Both the position numbers and the translations under genes were made by a program. A stretch of DNA of 64,000 nt, taken from the NCBI RefSeq assembly GCF_011386835.1, contig NC_088808.1, positions 16,306,001-16,370,000 of the forward strand, given 5' to 3'. Origin of the DNA: Chrysemys picta bellii. Taxonomy: Eukaryota. Under the pieces are notes generated by a model. That model saw only the letters and a list, made by a program, of their open reading frames with translations. It searched no databases and was not told where the DNA came from. Shown in pieces: positions 1 to 12,405 of the stretch (position 1 is its first letter; each line of letters opens with the position of its first letter).

Positions 1-632
1 TTAAGTGTTTATTACTACATGTTGGGAGTAACTTTTATCATAGTCTTTGCCTCTCAGTAGCCATGATGTCAGGAAGAGAATCAACAAATTGCAAAGTCAA
101 ATCTGCTCCCAAGAGATCTGGTCTGTGCAGGAGCAACGAAGGACCAGCCATCATTTTCAGTGCCAACTCCTCCTTGAAAAGGTTGTATTCAGTAGGATTA
201 GAACAACCTTCTCTCCCCTTATTCTCTGTAATAACCATAAAAAGTAATAGCCATAAATGGAGGGTATATACCAAGGGGCTATTTTCTCCAGGGTTCAAAC
301 AGCATCAGGCTTGTTTCGCCAAAAATTGACTGACGGAGCTGTCCTAACTGTAATTTCATACAGACGTGGAGGCAACTGAAACTGGGACATCCTACCTTCT
401 GCATAAATGCTGAAATATCTCTGGCTTTAAATGTACAGCAATCATTGCAAAATAAAATTGTGCACTGTTATATTCAAAGATGTACACCAAACACCCCACA
501 ATTCCTAGCATGCCCCAAAACAACAGGGCCAGGTGGAGCACAATACACCACAACACATTACTGTGGCTCACTGGTAAAGAGCCCTTTCAAAGCCTCCCTG
601 AGCTATATAGATCGGTGTTAAGCTCTTTAAGT

Positions 633-754
633 CATAGGTGCTGGAACTAGGGGTGCTGCCTCTGGCTTGAAGTGGTTTCCATTATATACAAGGTTTACAG
701 TTTGGTTCAATGGATATCAGCACCCTCACTATAAAAACTGTTCCAGTGCCCCCG
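633..754. mobile_element. short hAT-like MITE
   Basis: Ends CATAGGTGCTGGAAC / GTTCCAGTGCCCCCG are imperfect inverted repeats; no convincing TSD. Confidence 0.45.
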
Positions 755-2244
755 TTTCTAATAGCCCTGGTGTCTGGCTTTTCAAACTCAGCAAACAGCT
801 GCTCCACCTCCGCTCTGGCAGCAATTTCCCCCCCTTTGCTTCAAAGCTATTATGCAAGACACAGCGGGCAGCTATAACCATTGGAATGTTTTTTTCCACT
901 GAGAGCCAGTCTTGTGAGTAAACAATGCTAGTGTCCCTTCAATCTACCAAAGGCGCATTCAACTGTCATTCTTCAACTTCTTGGTTGGTGGTTGATTTTC
1001 CTTAGTGTTGTCAAAGTGGCCGGCTTCATGAACCAGAGGAGAAAGGGGTAGGCTGTCCCCCTCAGGATTACTATTGGTATTTCAACATCACCAATGCACG
1101 AGTCAGGAAAGGAAGGGACTGCTTATAGCTTTCTGGACAGTCCTGTGTTCTTAGAGATGTGGGCATCATTCACCTTCCCTGACCAGCCAACACTGATGTT
1201 GGTGAAGCATTCCCGATGATCCACCAACACTTGCATAATCATAGAAAAATAGCCCTTTCTGTTGATGTACTTCATGGCAAGGTTGGTTGCAGAGGCTCTG
1301 CGAACGTCACCAGCAACCTTGAACTGCTTCTCACTATGACCCTCAGCAATCGGTCCTCCAAGTAAATTGTCATGTTCCTCACTGATTCAGTTCTTCTTAC
1401 GACTCTGCAAATACTGGAGGATCATAAGTCCTGTACTTATGACAATAGTGCAGTGCTGTGCAGGCTCCATGCTTCTATCAGATATGGCGGATAGTGAGGA
1501 GGGCTGTGTGGATCCATAAGACATTTTTAAAAACATGAAATTTATGGGATATATATGACATTACAGGATGGAGACAGTTGCACACTAGGAAGTTGACTCC
1601 TTGCTCCCAGTCACTCCCACATAACTCATTTCTGCCCCATCATGCATTGCCAAAATTTCCTAAGAGACAGTGTGCTGGATGGTGGCAGGTTGCACAGTGG
1701 GGTTCCTACCCATGGTGCACCACACTGTGCATCGACAAAAGCGCTCCCGGTGAGCGTGCACCGTGCCGACACAAGGAGCCAAGTATTCACATGCACAAGT
1801 GATATACTAATTGTAGTGGCTTTATGCCAACGTAACTTGCATCAACCAAAGTTTGTAGTGTGGATCAGAGGTTCTCAACCAGGGGTCCAGGGCACCCTGG
1901 GGGGCCAAAACAGGTTTCAGAGGGTCCGCCAAGCAGGACCAGTGTTAGACTTGCTGTGGCTCAGGGCAGAAAGCCAGAATCCCACTGCACGGGGTTGAAG
2001 CCTGAGGCCTTGCCTGAGCCTTGCCACCTAGGGCTGAAGCAGAAGCCTGAGGAACTTAGCTTCACGGTGCCTCCTGTGGCGTGGGGCCCTGGGCAATTGC
2101 CCAGCTTGCTACCCCTTAACGTCAGCCCTGGCTTTTATATGCAGAAAACTAGTTCTTGTGGCACAGGTGGGCCATGGAGTTTTTATAGCATGTTTGGGGG
2201 GGCCTCAAAGAAAAAGGTTGAGAATCCCTGGTGTAGACAAAGCC
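755..2244 (-). mobile_element. internally deleted PIF/Harbinger transposon with transposase remnant
   Basis: Minus-strand segments translate as YINRKGYFSMIMQVLVDHRECFTNISVGWSGKVNDAHI, ILRGTAYPFLLWFMKP and EKNIPMVIAARCVLHN (Harbinger DDE transposase blocks, degenerate). Terminus ...GTGTAGACAAAGCC followed by TAA at 2245-2247. Left boundary uncertain. Confidence 0.8.
1866..2230. mobile_element. hAT (Charlie-like) MITE inserted in the Harbinger terminus
   Basis: TIRs CAGAGGTTCTCAACC / GGTTGAGAATCCCTG; 8-bp TSD GTGTGGAT (1858-1865) / GTGTAGAC (2231-2238). Confidence 0.8.
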
Positions 2245-2399
2245 TAAGTGAAACTTTTAAAAGGTGCTTTAAAACAGTTGAAGACTTGCTCATGGCACAC
2301 TAAACAAACAGGGACAATTTAAAACCATGGAGCAGTTAGAAATTTACGCTACTGAGCCTAATGCTTGGATAGTAAGGAAAACAGATGGTGATGCACTAT

Positions 2400-2855
2400 G
2401 GAGATGGATCCAGGAAAAACAACAGGCACGGGGATGCTGCAATAGTAAGCGGGAGTTGCCACGACAGCCACAGTGAACAAAGTTGCATCATTTCAAGATG
2501 ACATCAAGAGAGGGGGAGAACATAAAGAAGACACAAGCAATAGAGAAGAATATACTGAGAAAAATGGCAGACAGATGGAGGGTTGACAGAGTAGGCATGG
2601 AAGAAATTAGGGGGAAGATAAACATGCAACTCTCAGTGATCAATAGGCTGGACACGTTGATACAAATGGGAGAAGGATGACCAGCAAAGAAAGCCTGGGA
2701 GGAAGAGGGCAGCAAGAAAGGATATGGAAAGCCAAGGATACAATGAAAAGACATTGTCAAGAGAAGTTTGAAGAGAAAAGGACTGGAATTCTAAAGCCTA
2801 TGAACCCATGCCATGGACTGGAAAGAGTGGTGAAGAATTGTAAGCACTTCCAATC
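2400..2855 (+). mobile_element. degenerate RTE-clade LINE 3' coding remnant
   Basis: Read through stops and a frameshift: AIEKNILRKM ... [W]AGHV..QMGEG[R]PAKKAW...GKPRIQ[W]KDIVKRSL, the typical RTE C-terminal pattern. Confidence 0.6.
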
Positions 2856-3885
2856 CTAAGTAAACGGGAAAAGGAGTCAAGAAGTGAAGTGATCAAGAGA
2901 GGCAGAGAAGATTACAGAACAAGACACTACTATATTGTGAATTTATTTCCAGAACATAGGATTTATTCAGGCTTTTTGGAAGATAATGGCTATCCCACCA
3001 TAATTTTGAGCAAATAAATGAGTTTATATGCCTGGCACTAGCAGTTTTCCCAGGTTGATTCTGCACCATGCAGAATGCCTATGAACATCAACTATTTAGG
3101 CATACTTTTAGCTCAGCTTTAGATGAGAAGAGTCTTCTGAGCATACAGTGCATAGTGAAGGCTCAAAACCATGGAGATGGCACAGATTGCAACTGGGCAG
3201 CATTAGCACACTGTGGGTTTTGTAATTTTTGTTTTTAATTCTGGCAGACTTATTTAATTGGATGGAACACAAACAACATTTGCTGAGGAACATTTCCAAC
3301 TGCATTGTGGAGCAGACAAGCAGCTGACTGGTTTCAGATGTAAGTAATGTTCCAGTCCTTGAGAACCTAAGCAGATACAATGGGCTTTTTCAATGCGAAG
3401 AGCAAGAGCATGCACACATGAGCAGGAGATAGATTCCATGACACACATGTAAGGAGGTCAAACTATTTTCATTTTTGAAAATGTTGAATTTCCGAGGTCA
3501 CCATAACTGAATGCCAAACATTTAAAAATTCTCAAAACTTAAATCTGTAACCTTTGGGAAAGGCTAAATCATTGGAATATCTTCTGGCCAAAGGGATACC
3601 TGAAAATAAATGTACAAAAGTTCCTAATAATGGCACCATGGATGAAAACATGGGTTTAGAAGCAAGCATGAGAGACCCTTTTCCCCCTCTGCAGCCCCCA
3701 TAAGAAAAAAATATGGTGTAAATGAGGGGAATAGTATTTGACTTGGATGGAGGAAGTGAATGCAGCCTCCTTACCTGCACCCCATACCAGCTGAAACATG
3801 AAGCATCAGAGTGGCCACAGAAGACTAAGACATATTCTGTCTTCTCAGAAAAAAAGACAGCTTTTTAAAAAATCTGCAGTGAGAA

Positions 3886-4510
3886 GGAAGGATGGTCTAG
3901 TGATTAGGACACTAGCATAGGTCTTATGAAATCCAGGTTTAACTCCCTGTTCGGACAGACTTCCTGTGTGACCTTGTGCAAGTCAGAGTCTTTTTATGCC
4001 TCCAATTCCCATCTGTGAAATGGGGATAACATTTCACATCGTCCTGTGAAGTAAGGAGGATAAATACATTAAAGGTTGTGAGGTGCTCAGGTATTGTCAG
4101 CTGGCTCTGAACATGGTAATATAGCAACCCAATGAACTCGGCTGGGCACAATAAACCCTCACTAAGTGACTGCGCTTCCTGATTGGTCAGAAGGGCCAAG
4201 AGATCCCTATTTAAGCCTGGCAGCAACTGGTGCACAGTTGCTTAATGCGTTCTACACCCACGCTGTGCCAGACCTGCTATCTGTCCAGCGCTTGCTTGCT
4301 CTGATCCAGCCTAGTCCCTGCCTACCTCGGACTTCCTGATTCCTAACTCCTGGCTCTGACCAGTGGCTTGTCTCCTAACCATGACTCCAGCTCAGTCTTC
4401 TAATTCTGCTCCACTCACTAAGCCAGACTCCTGCTCCAGCCACTAGGTCACACCATCTTCACTTTGGTGTGTGACAGATATTATGGTAATGGGAGCCAGA
4501 TAAGTGAGAG
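3886..4510 (+). mobile_element. MIR/CORE-type SINE split by a solo LTR
   Basis: tRNA-like head (ATGGTCTAGTGATTAG) and core TTCCTGTGTGACCTTGTGCAAGTCA...CCCATCTGTGAAATGGGGATAA; the tail resumes after 4476. Confidence 0.7.
4095..4476 (+). mobile_element. solo LTR
   Basis: TGTCA...TGACA ends, 5-bp TSD GGTAT/GATAT, internal inverted CCAAT (GATTGG) and TATTTAAG box. Confidence 0.75.
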
Positions 4511-6703
4511 AGAGAGAGAGCAACCACAGATGTAGGCAAGCTTTTCTCCAAACAATGGTTAAGTATGCAATTCTCACATCACTACACCAACATCCATTAG
4601 ACAAGACAACAATCTTCATCAGGGTTAACTTGGTCCACTAAACAAAGTAAACCTTTAGCAGAAGAAAGCAATAACATTGTGGGGAGAAAGGAGAGATTTT
4701 ATTCCCCATCTTCCACATCAGTAAGGAAAATTTGGATGCCACACTCAAGACTAAAATAGGACTATCTTCTTTAAAACAGTTAGATATAGTTTATTCATTC
4801 TCTACCATTAGAGGAAACATTACTTGTCAACATGTCCCCTTACGAAGCTGCAGCAATTTATGAATAGAAAGTTCCACATCAACTCAAGCCAGATTTTAGA
4901 GACAGATGAAGAAAGTTAATCTGGTTAAGGGTGAACAAATATTCTAGCATATGAATGTACAGTGGTGAGGGATATCAGTCAGAAGCGGTCACAATTTAAA
5001 ATACAAAAGGATAAATTCATAAGTTTCTAAAGTACCACGATGAAATACTATCTGCATTTTGCTACAGATTTAAAATGAACAACAGGGTAGCTTTCTGGAA
5101 TGAATCCACATTAAAACACACTCAATTTGTACAGGAACCAACAGTACTCATTTCTAGTTTGCAATAAAAATACATATACCACTAAAGCAGAAAGTATTTT
5201 TGTTTCCACTAGCCGGGGGAGCGGGAGGGGGGGGGGGGGGGAGAATAAACAAACAGTGTTTTGTTACTGAAAGAGTATCAATCAAATGGGGAAAAAATGA
5301 AATCAAATCAATCATAAACAAGATGCTTTCAAAATACAACTCACTTCTTCTGGACTTAAACTTCTTGTATAGTGTACCAACCAAAGAATTAAAACAGATC
5401 CTACACAGTAATTACCAGCAAGCATATTCATGGGGCTTGGCCTGCAATGACAGCTGCCACTGGTTATTATTCTTCTCAAGAATGCAAATGATTAAGAAAG
5501 ATTAAATACCTACTTTGGTTAAATACACTCGATAATGAGTTTCTTTCCTTTTTGTAAAGGGTGTTTCATGTTGGCAGCTAATGGATCTTGCGTTAAATTG
5601 TTTTAATTTGAAAACACCACCATCTGTTGTTAGAATCACCAAACTCAAGAAAGGAGGCAAGCTAAAGAAAGGAGTGAAGGGAAGATGATGGAAGAAAGAG
5701 TACAACTGTATATATATGGAGCATTCCTTCAGTGTTATATTCCTTCTGTCAATTTCTTACTTTGAAAAAGGTTTGCAAATAGATCTCCATCCAACACAGA
5801 AACATTCATTTACAATCAGAAACTTTCTTATAGTCTGGAAACTTAGTGAAGCTATAATTGCACTCAGTGATATGTTCTAGCTTTTAAGTTACTGTAAAAC
5901 AATGTCTTTGTAATATATTGATCAGTGTAACATACAACACAGCTTGTAAGAAAAGAGTAACCACATTCCCACCCTTTAAAAACTGTCAGTTTTGACAAAC
6001 AGCTTTTAAGTGAAAATGGCCATCAACAAGGGATTTAAAAAAATTGTAAACACATTGCAAGAACAAAAACTGGTCTTTCAAGGTAGTGCTTGGATTTATC
6101 AGCCACAGGGAAATCACAAAGGACCTTCTGCCACTCTGATTTGATCATGCAAGTCGCTGTGAAGACTTTGCCTGGTCCATTATTTATTTAAAAAATATAT
6201 AGTCTTTCCACATTTACTGCGAAGTGTGGCAAACATGAGACATTTGTTTTTCAGATCTCATATTGTGGCTGACACAGCAACACACACAAAAGTTAGAAGG
6301 CCATCAGAGCAATGCAAAATTCACTTTGAAAGGCCACTTCAAAGAAGTGTCCCCTCAGTCCATTCAAGCACATACTTCTACTACCACTGTATGCCAGTGT
6401 CTATTTTAAAAGATCACTAATGTTTTGGGTAAAGCCACAGCAAAAATTGTACACTGCCTCAGAATTCACCAAAAAGAAAAGCAGACAATGAAATAAGCAA
6501 GGGTTGTAATATTTCTATGTCATATTATATATTTACACATACTACGTATGCACAAAATGAGAGTACAAACAGGATCAGAGGACAAGACATACTTCATGAA
6601 AGGAGAGCTATGCAGCTATTTTAGAAAAACTGGTAAGTGACAAAGGATTTGATCATAGCCTTGAGACCATAGGGAGGTGGTTAAACTAGGAGTGGAATTA
6701 CAA

Positions 6704-7725
6704 TTTTTATTAAGATGGTGTGGAGTATAATGAGTAGATATGATGATGAGGATGGATTGACCCTCATTTGGTGAGATTTAATGTTCAGGGAGTTTATGGT
6801 TCCAGTTCATATGATCCAACGGAGAAAGTGTCTTGGTCCCTTTCTCGTAGTCGAAGAACGATGTCACTCTGACTCACGCCTCCTGGTACTGTTGGTGCCC
6901 GGTGATGTGCTCGATGTAGATGTCCCTGGACCATCGGATGGTGCCTGAGACCATGAGGCGTTGCATGAGCCGTGCATAGTGTTGACCGATCCCGCAGGTC
7001 CGCAGCACTCGCTCGTTGCAGGGATCCCAGGCGCCCAGGGCTCCGCCGATCAGGGCGTCCATCTGCACCTTGGAGCTTTTTGCTCTCAGGGTGTCAACCA
7101 GGGGGCATACTTTTCCAGCTTACAAGCTCGGGCGTCACAAAATGCCGGGGTCCTGTTCTCAAAGGAGACTGACGTCGACGAGCATGATCTTTTTCTGGGC
7201 CTCGTTGGTGAAGACGACATCAGATCGTAACTGGCTGTCAGTACCAGGGATGGTGCAGTTCATGGAGATCTCCCCCATGCGTGGTGCGATGGCTTTCACC
7301 AAGCGGTTCTGGATGGCACTGTGGCGCAGCTGCCAGGCTCTGGAGTGGGGTTTGCAGCTGCACAGGACGTGGGGTAGGGTCTCGTTGGAGTAGCCAAACT
7401 TCCTGCAACGCTTGTCTTGGTTCCCATGGCAGACGGCTCCGTTGAGCGGAACGCAGTTGAGCCAGGCACGGTGGATGAACCGCCAGTTGGCGAAGTGGGT
7501 GAAGCCGCCCCCAGCGAGGAAGTGGTTGCTGGCATCCCACTTGCTGGTCAACTCAAAGACTTTACCTTGATCTGGTTTACGCTTCAGGGTTTCCACATAC
7601 AGCGAGTGGATGGTGGACTTCAGGGTCCTCTCCAGCAAGCCCCTGGCGCTCTGGGTGCCGACGGTGTTGTCGTCGGACCTGATCTGTGGCACCCGGACTC
7701 CCAGCTCCTGGCGCTCCTCACACCA
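6704..7725 (-). mobile_element. 5'-truncated RLE-type non-LTR retrotransposon (NeSL clade, Utopia-like)
   Basis: C-terminal ORF with zinc knuckle RCRK(F)GYSNETLPHVLCSC and restriction-like endonuclease LR(S)DVV...KKIMLVDV..SFE, ending ...WSRDIYIEHITGHQQYQEA*. Two frameshifts (~7170, ~7095), a ~170-nt 3' UTR and an A-rich end. The Utopia assignment is from recalled similarity. Confidence 0.8.
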
Positions 7726-8663
7726 CTACTAGAAATCCTACTTAATCCCTCTACCCATGTCCTACTTTACTAATTCCTCTGCAGGGCTATCCCAGACAAG
7801 GCTTCCATCATTTGTGCTTCTAGTTAGCTACCCAACATTTTTAAAATGGCACCAACAGCAGCAGAATCAAGATAACCTTAATCCAGGAGCAAAAGCAAGA
7901 TGTTAATTTCTTTTATTCATTATTACTACTACATTTTCAACCTGAAGTTACCTCATATACATTCAGTGGAGGAGGAGGGAAATTAAAACAAAAATAAGAA
8001 GAATCAAGAACTTTACAAAAATTGAAATCTAAGTTATGACTTAACTCTGAGGTTGGCAGTGCTGCAGCCTGAATGGAACATAGCCATGCCCCCTGAAAAA
8101 CCTGTCATTAATGTTCTCCTTCTTTGCTGCTTTGCTCTGCAGGTGCAAAAGCCAGTAACTAGAGACTGGACTACCCACCTGCAGTAACGTCTGGTGCCAG
8201 CCCACTTGGGCACCAAGCCCAAAGAGGGGGGGCAAGGATGGGGAGAAGGTGAAATCCAGGGGAACACTGAGTATCAGGAGAGTCACTATTTGAAGGGCAT
8301 CTGGTGTTCAAATGCTCAAAGCAAGTTAAAAGAAAAGCCTGGAATCTCAGGGCTACCAACAGAAGTTCTTCCCTCCTGCTGAAGATAAGTACTGGAACAA
8401 GCAAAGCCCTTTATATAGGGACAATGACATCTCCAAAAGCTTTGTTTGAACCTGCTAGAAATGAGAATACATGACCTACAGTCTGGGATGTGAGAGAAAA
8501 AGAACCCCCAAACAATAAAAAGGGTGTGGATTTACTGGAAAAAAAATTAAATTAACTAACTCCATTTTAACTTTAACTCCAATCTGTTTTTGTCCTATCC
8601 AGAGTCAGCCACCAGCACTGGTTTAAAGTTGCTTAAGTCATACTGTGGTGTTGTACTCTACAG

Positions 8664-8990
8664 CAGGGGTTCTCAAACTTCATTGCACCGTGACTCCCTT
8701 GTGACAACAAAATTACTACACAACCCCAAGAGGGGGGACCGAAGCCTGAGCCCACCCGCACCCCATCACACCGGGCGGGGGGGCCAAAACCCAAGGGCTT
8801 CAGTCCCAGGTTGGGGGCCTGTAACCTGATCCCCGCAGCCCAGGGCTGAAGCCCTCAGGCTTCGGCCCTTCATGGTGAGGCTCAGGCTTCAGCCCCAGGC
8901 CCCAGCAAATGTAAGCCAGCCCTGGCAATCTCATTAAAACGGGGGTCACAACCCACTTTGGGGTCATGACCCACAGTTTGAGATCTGCTG
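8664..8990. mobile_element. hAT (Charlie-like) MITE
   Basis: TIRs CAGGGGTTCTCAAACT / AGTTTGAGATCTGCTG; TSD CTCTACAG / CTCTACAC. Confidence 0.8.
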
Positions 8991-9000
8991 CTCTACACAC

Positions 9001-9052
9001 AATCATAGACTCGTAGGACTGGAAGGGACCTAATGAGGTCATCTAGTCCAGT
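9001..9052 (-). mobile_element. CR1 3'-terminal stub
   Basis: Reverse complement reads ...GGTCCCTTCCAGTCCTACGAGTCTATGATT, the CR1 3' end. Confidence 0.65.
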
Positions 9053-9113
9053 TCCCACAAGGGAACATCACTAATTCCTACTAATGATTGGGAAATTCAT
9101 TGTGAATTACCAA

Positions 9114-9398
9114 GGGCTTGTCTACTCGGGAAATTCATATGCAGCAAGCTAGTGTGAGAATTTACTGGACACTAGCAACTCCACACCAACTGCCTGTGCA
9201 GACACTCTCACTGCATACTAAAAGTGCCCTTGTGCACTTTAGTTTAATACACTTTAAAATGTACTAAACTAAACCACCCAAAGTCACTTTTAGTGCAGAG
9301 TACGAGTGTCCACACAGGGAGTAAGTACAGAGCAGCTAGTGACCTGTAAATCCACACCCTGGCTGGATGCATACTAACTTTCCCATGCAGACAAGCTC
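9114..9398. mobile_element. Harbinger-type MITE
   Basis: GGGCTTGTCTAC...GCAGACAAGCTC termini followed by TAA. Confidence 0.65.
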
Positions 9399-9494
9399 TA
9401 AATTTGCAAGTTAGCACATAAGCAAACCAATAAGCTTAAAGGATATGGCAAATAAAAGTGCATTTTGTTCAATTATGTACATAACTGTACTAAG

Positions 9495-9711
9495 TATCAG
9501 AGGGGTAGCCGTGTTAGTCTGGATCTGTAAAAAGCAACAGAGGGTCCTGTGGCACCTTTGAGACTAACAGAAGTACTGGGAGCATAAGCTTTCGTGGGTA
9601 AGAACCTCACTTCTTCAGATGCAAGGGAAGAAGTGAGGTTCTTACCCACGAAAGCTTATGCTCCCAGTACTTCTGTTAGTCTCAAAGGTGCCACAGGACC
9701 CTCTGTTGCTT
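9495..9711 (-). mobile_element. Penelope-like fold-back insertion (copy A)
   Basis: Perfect 85-bp inverted arms 9532-9616 / 9627-9711 with a 10-nt loop; 14-bp TSD ATAACTGTACTAAG at 9481-9494 and 9712-9725; sequence resembles turtle Penelope terminal repeats and carries a hammerhead motif. Confidence 0.8.
9582..9622 (-). ncRNA. minimal type I hammerhead ribozyme motif
   Basis: Minus strand: GCAU-CUGAAGA-A-GUG(A)GGU UCUU ACCCAC-GAAA-GCUU-AUGC. Core, stem II, 4-bp stem I and palindromic AAGCUU in place of stem III. Confidence 0.72.
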
Positions 9712-12199
9712 ATAACTGTACTAAGGATACCATAATTAATATAGCCTCCAAAAATATACTATAGGGTAACAGTTTGAGCAAGAGACTTCATTAGAGCACT
9801 CCCTCTACCATTGAGAAGTTAAGCAACACTTTTTTGGTGAAAATGATTCTATGTACTGACTAACAAAAGGTAAAATTAGTGAGGTACTACTACAGTATGA
9901 CAGACAGCAGTCTTAATGTAAACCATCATCAGATCATACACACTGTCTGAGGGTTTGTAATTGTATCTGATATTTAAATAGACATTGTCAACTTTAAATT
10001 TTATCAATTTTAAAATAAGCGAGAAGTAGATCCATACCTGTCCCAAGACACCTGCCAAATTTTGTAGTTTTAAAATCCCATTTTTCAATTTAAAATGTTA
10101 TTCTCTCCCCGCTGCGGCACGAAAGACCCACACAGAGGAACTCAGTTTAATTCATATAGCAGAAATAGTGAAACATACTACATACAAGTACGAAATACGC
10201 CAAGTTACAAAATGCTAATGAAAAAAATATTTTTCTTTAGCCTCTTTCAGTTACAGAAATCATAGTAATAGGTTAAAAAAAAATCTGATAGAAGTGTGAT
10301 TTTTTTTTTTTTTTTTAACTTGAAAGCATCTCTAAATTTCATTTTGGACAGTGAACCTAAATTCAGTTTCTTCCCGTCAAACCTTTTACCATTTTAAGAC
10401 TCCTTTTGCTGTTTCACTAGACTAACCATATTAAACTATTTTCTCAGTCCTGCAACATCTATTTTTCTTTGCATCAACTGAAAGGAGCAATGGTCATCTG
10501 CAGTGGTGAAGCAGTTGTCTCATTCTTGATGGTTGCAACAAAAATAACAAGGAATTTATTCAGAGCTGTATACAGATGTGGTTGTCTTTTAAATAGAAAC
10601 GTGATCCTGAAACACCATGCTTACAAAACTTCACATTCCAAAGCAAGTTGGTCTTTATGGACAACTACAGAATACTAAGCTGTCACATAAACCACCACTA
10701 ATAAGCTGTGCTTTTGATTCCCTACAACCAAAAAGTCCCCACCTGCCAAAGACTGTCATGCAGTCTCTCTCCTCCATCTGTTCTGCAGCAACACACTTCG
10801 AATGGCCAAAATCAGCAGGCTTCTGAATTTGTCAACTCCAGCAACTGTAAGGACGAGTTACAAAAACATTGAGCCTGCATCCTTCCTCACACCTTTCCCC
10901 GCAAAAGGGAGCTGTAACCTTCATTTCTGCAGTGTTGTAGAATCCTCTCATCCACCTTAAGTTCTCTAAAAGACAGCTAATTGTGTATCCAAGACACTAA
11001 CTGGCTCCCTCATTTATAAGAGGAAAAAAGTGTGTTGACTTGTGCCCTTTAAGCACTGATACTCCAGCTGAGTAAATTAAGAGATATACTGTGAAAAGCA
11101 AACTGCACCAAAGGAAGGTACATAGCCAAGTAAGGCATAGTAGCAATTTTATATCTTCTTCAATCTTCCTGAAATGTGATTAAGCTTGACCTTTAAATCT
11201 ACTGGATCAACCAATCAATTCTGCTGAAAAAGTCATGCATGTGATGTAAGACCATGCCCTGTATAAGGCGCAACCTTCAATGGCTTCAATGGCCTACCCA
11301 CTTTATTTCACTGGAAAAGTTACCAAGATTTGTCTCAATTGATTTTACTTGTAAGAAAAACACAACATCAAAACTGCAGCATCAGCAGATACTAAAGGTC
11401 TTAGCTTCTTGCAGGATGAATGCAATATCAATAGTTATTAGGACGTATTCATACAAGGTACACAAGAGGGATGGAGAGAAGATGCTAGTAATCCAACTTA
11501 ATCCTAAAGCGGCCCCAAATCAGGCTCTTCAGACTGTGGGAAAAAAAAAAAAAATCAAGGAAAAAAAACTTTAAATATTCCTGAGACTTTGCTGGGCAAA
11601 ATGCTGGATCATAATATTCTGACATTTACAGAAAAAGAAAGGACACACAAATATGTTAATGATTCCAGAGAAAATAGATCAAGAAGTCAGGCACCTCCTT
11701 CCCTTTATCCCTAAACACATAAGCACTTGAGAGGGGGCAATACTGAGGTATTTTGTGGATATATAATTCAATCTTTGACACTATCTCACAGTAGAAATTC
11801 TTGCAAAGTCTGAGTTTTTGCTTTAAAAAACAAATGTACTCTGCATCTTCTGTGCATATATTTTCCCTTACAATGAATACTATAAAAGGCAATTCCAGTT
11901 CACACTAGTGCTTTATTGCATAATTCTAGAACACAGCTTCTAATTTAGATTAGTCCTGGTACCACACAGCGCAAGCCAATATTGTTTCCAAGGTGAAAAA
12001 ACAAACTACAATTTGAAAAATGAAGGAAGACTTCAACAAATCAAATAAATGTTTTATCTTCTTGTACAGCGCTCCTAACAGAGAGAATAGAGGTAATGTA
12101 TAACAGTATTAAAACATTACAAAATCAAAGCAATCCAAAATGTAAGTTGTAAGATGCCCACGTATACTTCAGTTTAATAATAATTATGACCCAGCTGTT

Positions 12200-12405
12200 A
12201 TATAGCACTTTTCCTCAGTAGCTCTCAAAGCACTTTATAAAAGGAAGGAAGTATCATGATCCCAATTTTACAGATGGGAAAGCTGAGACACAGAGAAGTG
12301 AAGTGATTTGCCCAAAGTCACCCAACAAGCTAGTTAAAGGGCTAGGAACAAAACCCAGGTCTCCACAATCCCAGTCTACTGCCCAATCCATAAGGCCACA
12401 CTTCC
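12200..12405 (-). mobile_element. MIR/CORE-type SINE
   Basis: TTTACAGATGGGAAAGCTGAGACACAGAGAAGTGAAGTGATTTGCCCAAAGTCAC is the reverse-complement core. Confidence 0.7.

Noticed and set aside
5154-5705. ORFs of 67-101 aa in intron 2
   Set aside because: No recognisable domain, a G-homopolymer-derived start and AT-rich intronic composition.
6690-7740. U2 snRNA sequence or TSD at the Utopia-like junctions
   Set aside because: The flanks (TTGTAATTCC..., ...TTCTAGTAG on minus) match neither U2 nor each other.
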